A stretch of 64,000 nucleotides of DNA from Octopus sinensis (lineage: Eukaryota): positions 102,114,001 to 102,178,000 of the forward strand of contig NC_043001.1 in assembly GCF_006345805.1 (NCBI RefSeq), in the 5' to 3' direction. Positions 63,838 through 64,000 of the stretch are shown in pieces. The position numbers and the translations under genes are program-made. The notes under the pieces are model-generated. The model made no database searches. It saw only the letters and a list, made by a program, of their open reading frames with translations, and was not told the DNA's origin. The first letter of the stretch is position 1. Every line of letters starts with the position of its first letter.

Positions 63838-64000
63838 ATAGTTCTCAACTGGGTTCCACATGGCCCTTTGGGGTTCCACATCAGATTTCCTTTTATTAAA
63901 ATGTGCTTTTTATTAAATTGCTTGTATTTCTTCAATACATCAAATATCTTAAAATTTTTTTGATGCAATTCCTAAAAATTCTAAAATTATAAGCATTGAA
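63838..64000. mobile_element. hAT/Charlie-like MITE start, truncated by window end
   Basis: AGTTCTCAACTGGG.TCCACATGGCCC..GGGGTTCCA, similar to 30117 and 31285. Confidence 0.55.

Overview
AT-rich eukaryotic (animal) genomic DNA made up almost entirely of microsatellites and transposable-element debris. The repeat families suggest an octopus/coleoid cephalopod genome; this is an inference, not checked against a database. No protein-coding gene can be named with confidence, and there are no rRNA genes, bona fide tRNA genes or CRISPR arrays. Supported content: (i) several decayed RTE-clade LINEs (APE + RT + PHD-like finger) and many of their 3' ends; (ii) Penelope-like element (PLE) RT and GIY-YIG fragments; (iii) an R4/Dong-type restriction-endonuclease retrotransposon 3' fragment inserted in an (AAT)n tract; (iv) a TA-flanked Tigger/pogo transposon and two DD37D/maT-like Tc1-mariner relics; (v) at least four tRNA-derived SINE families, MITEs and a Helentron-like element; (vi) a near-identical ~680 bp tandem duplication. 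The most unusual signals are hammerhead-ribozyme (HHR) motifs. One is a near-canonical type I HHR at 57107-57170, with a long potential pseudoknot and a competing downstream hairpin. Another is a tRNA-headed SINE-like family whose 3' tail is a PLE-type minimal HHR and which twice occurs as head-to-head inverted pairs. A few low-confidence exon candidates are given. All structures were folded and translated by eye.
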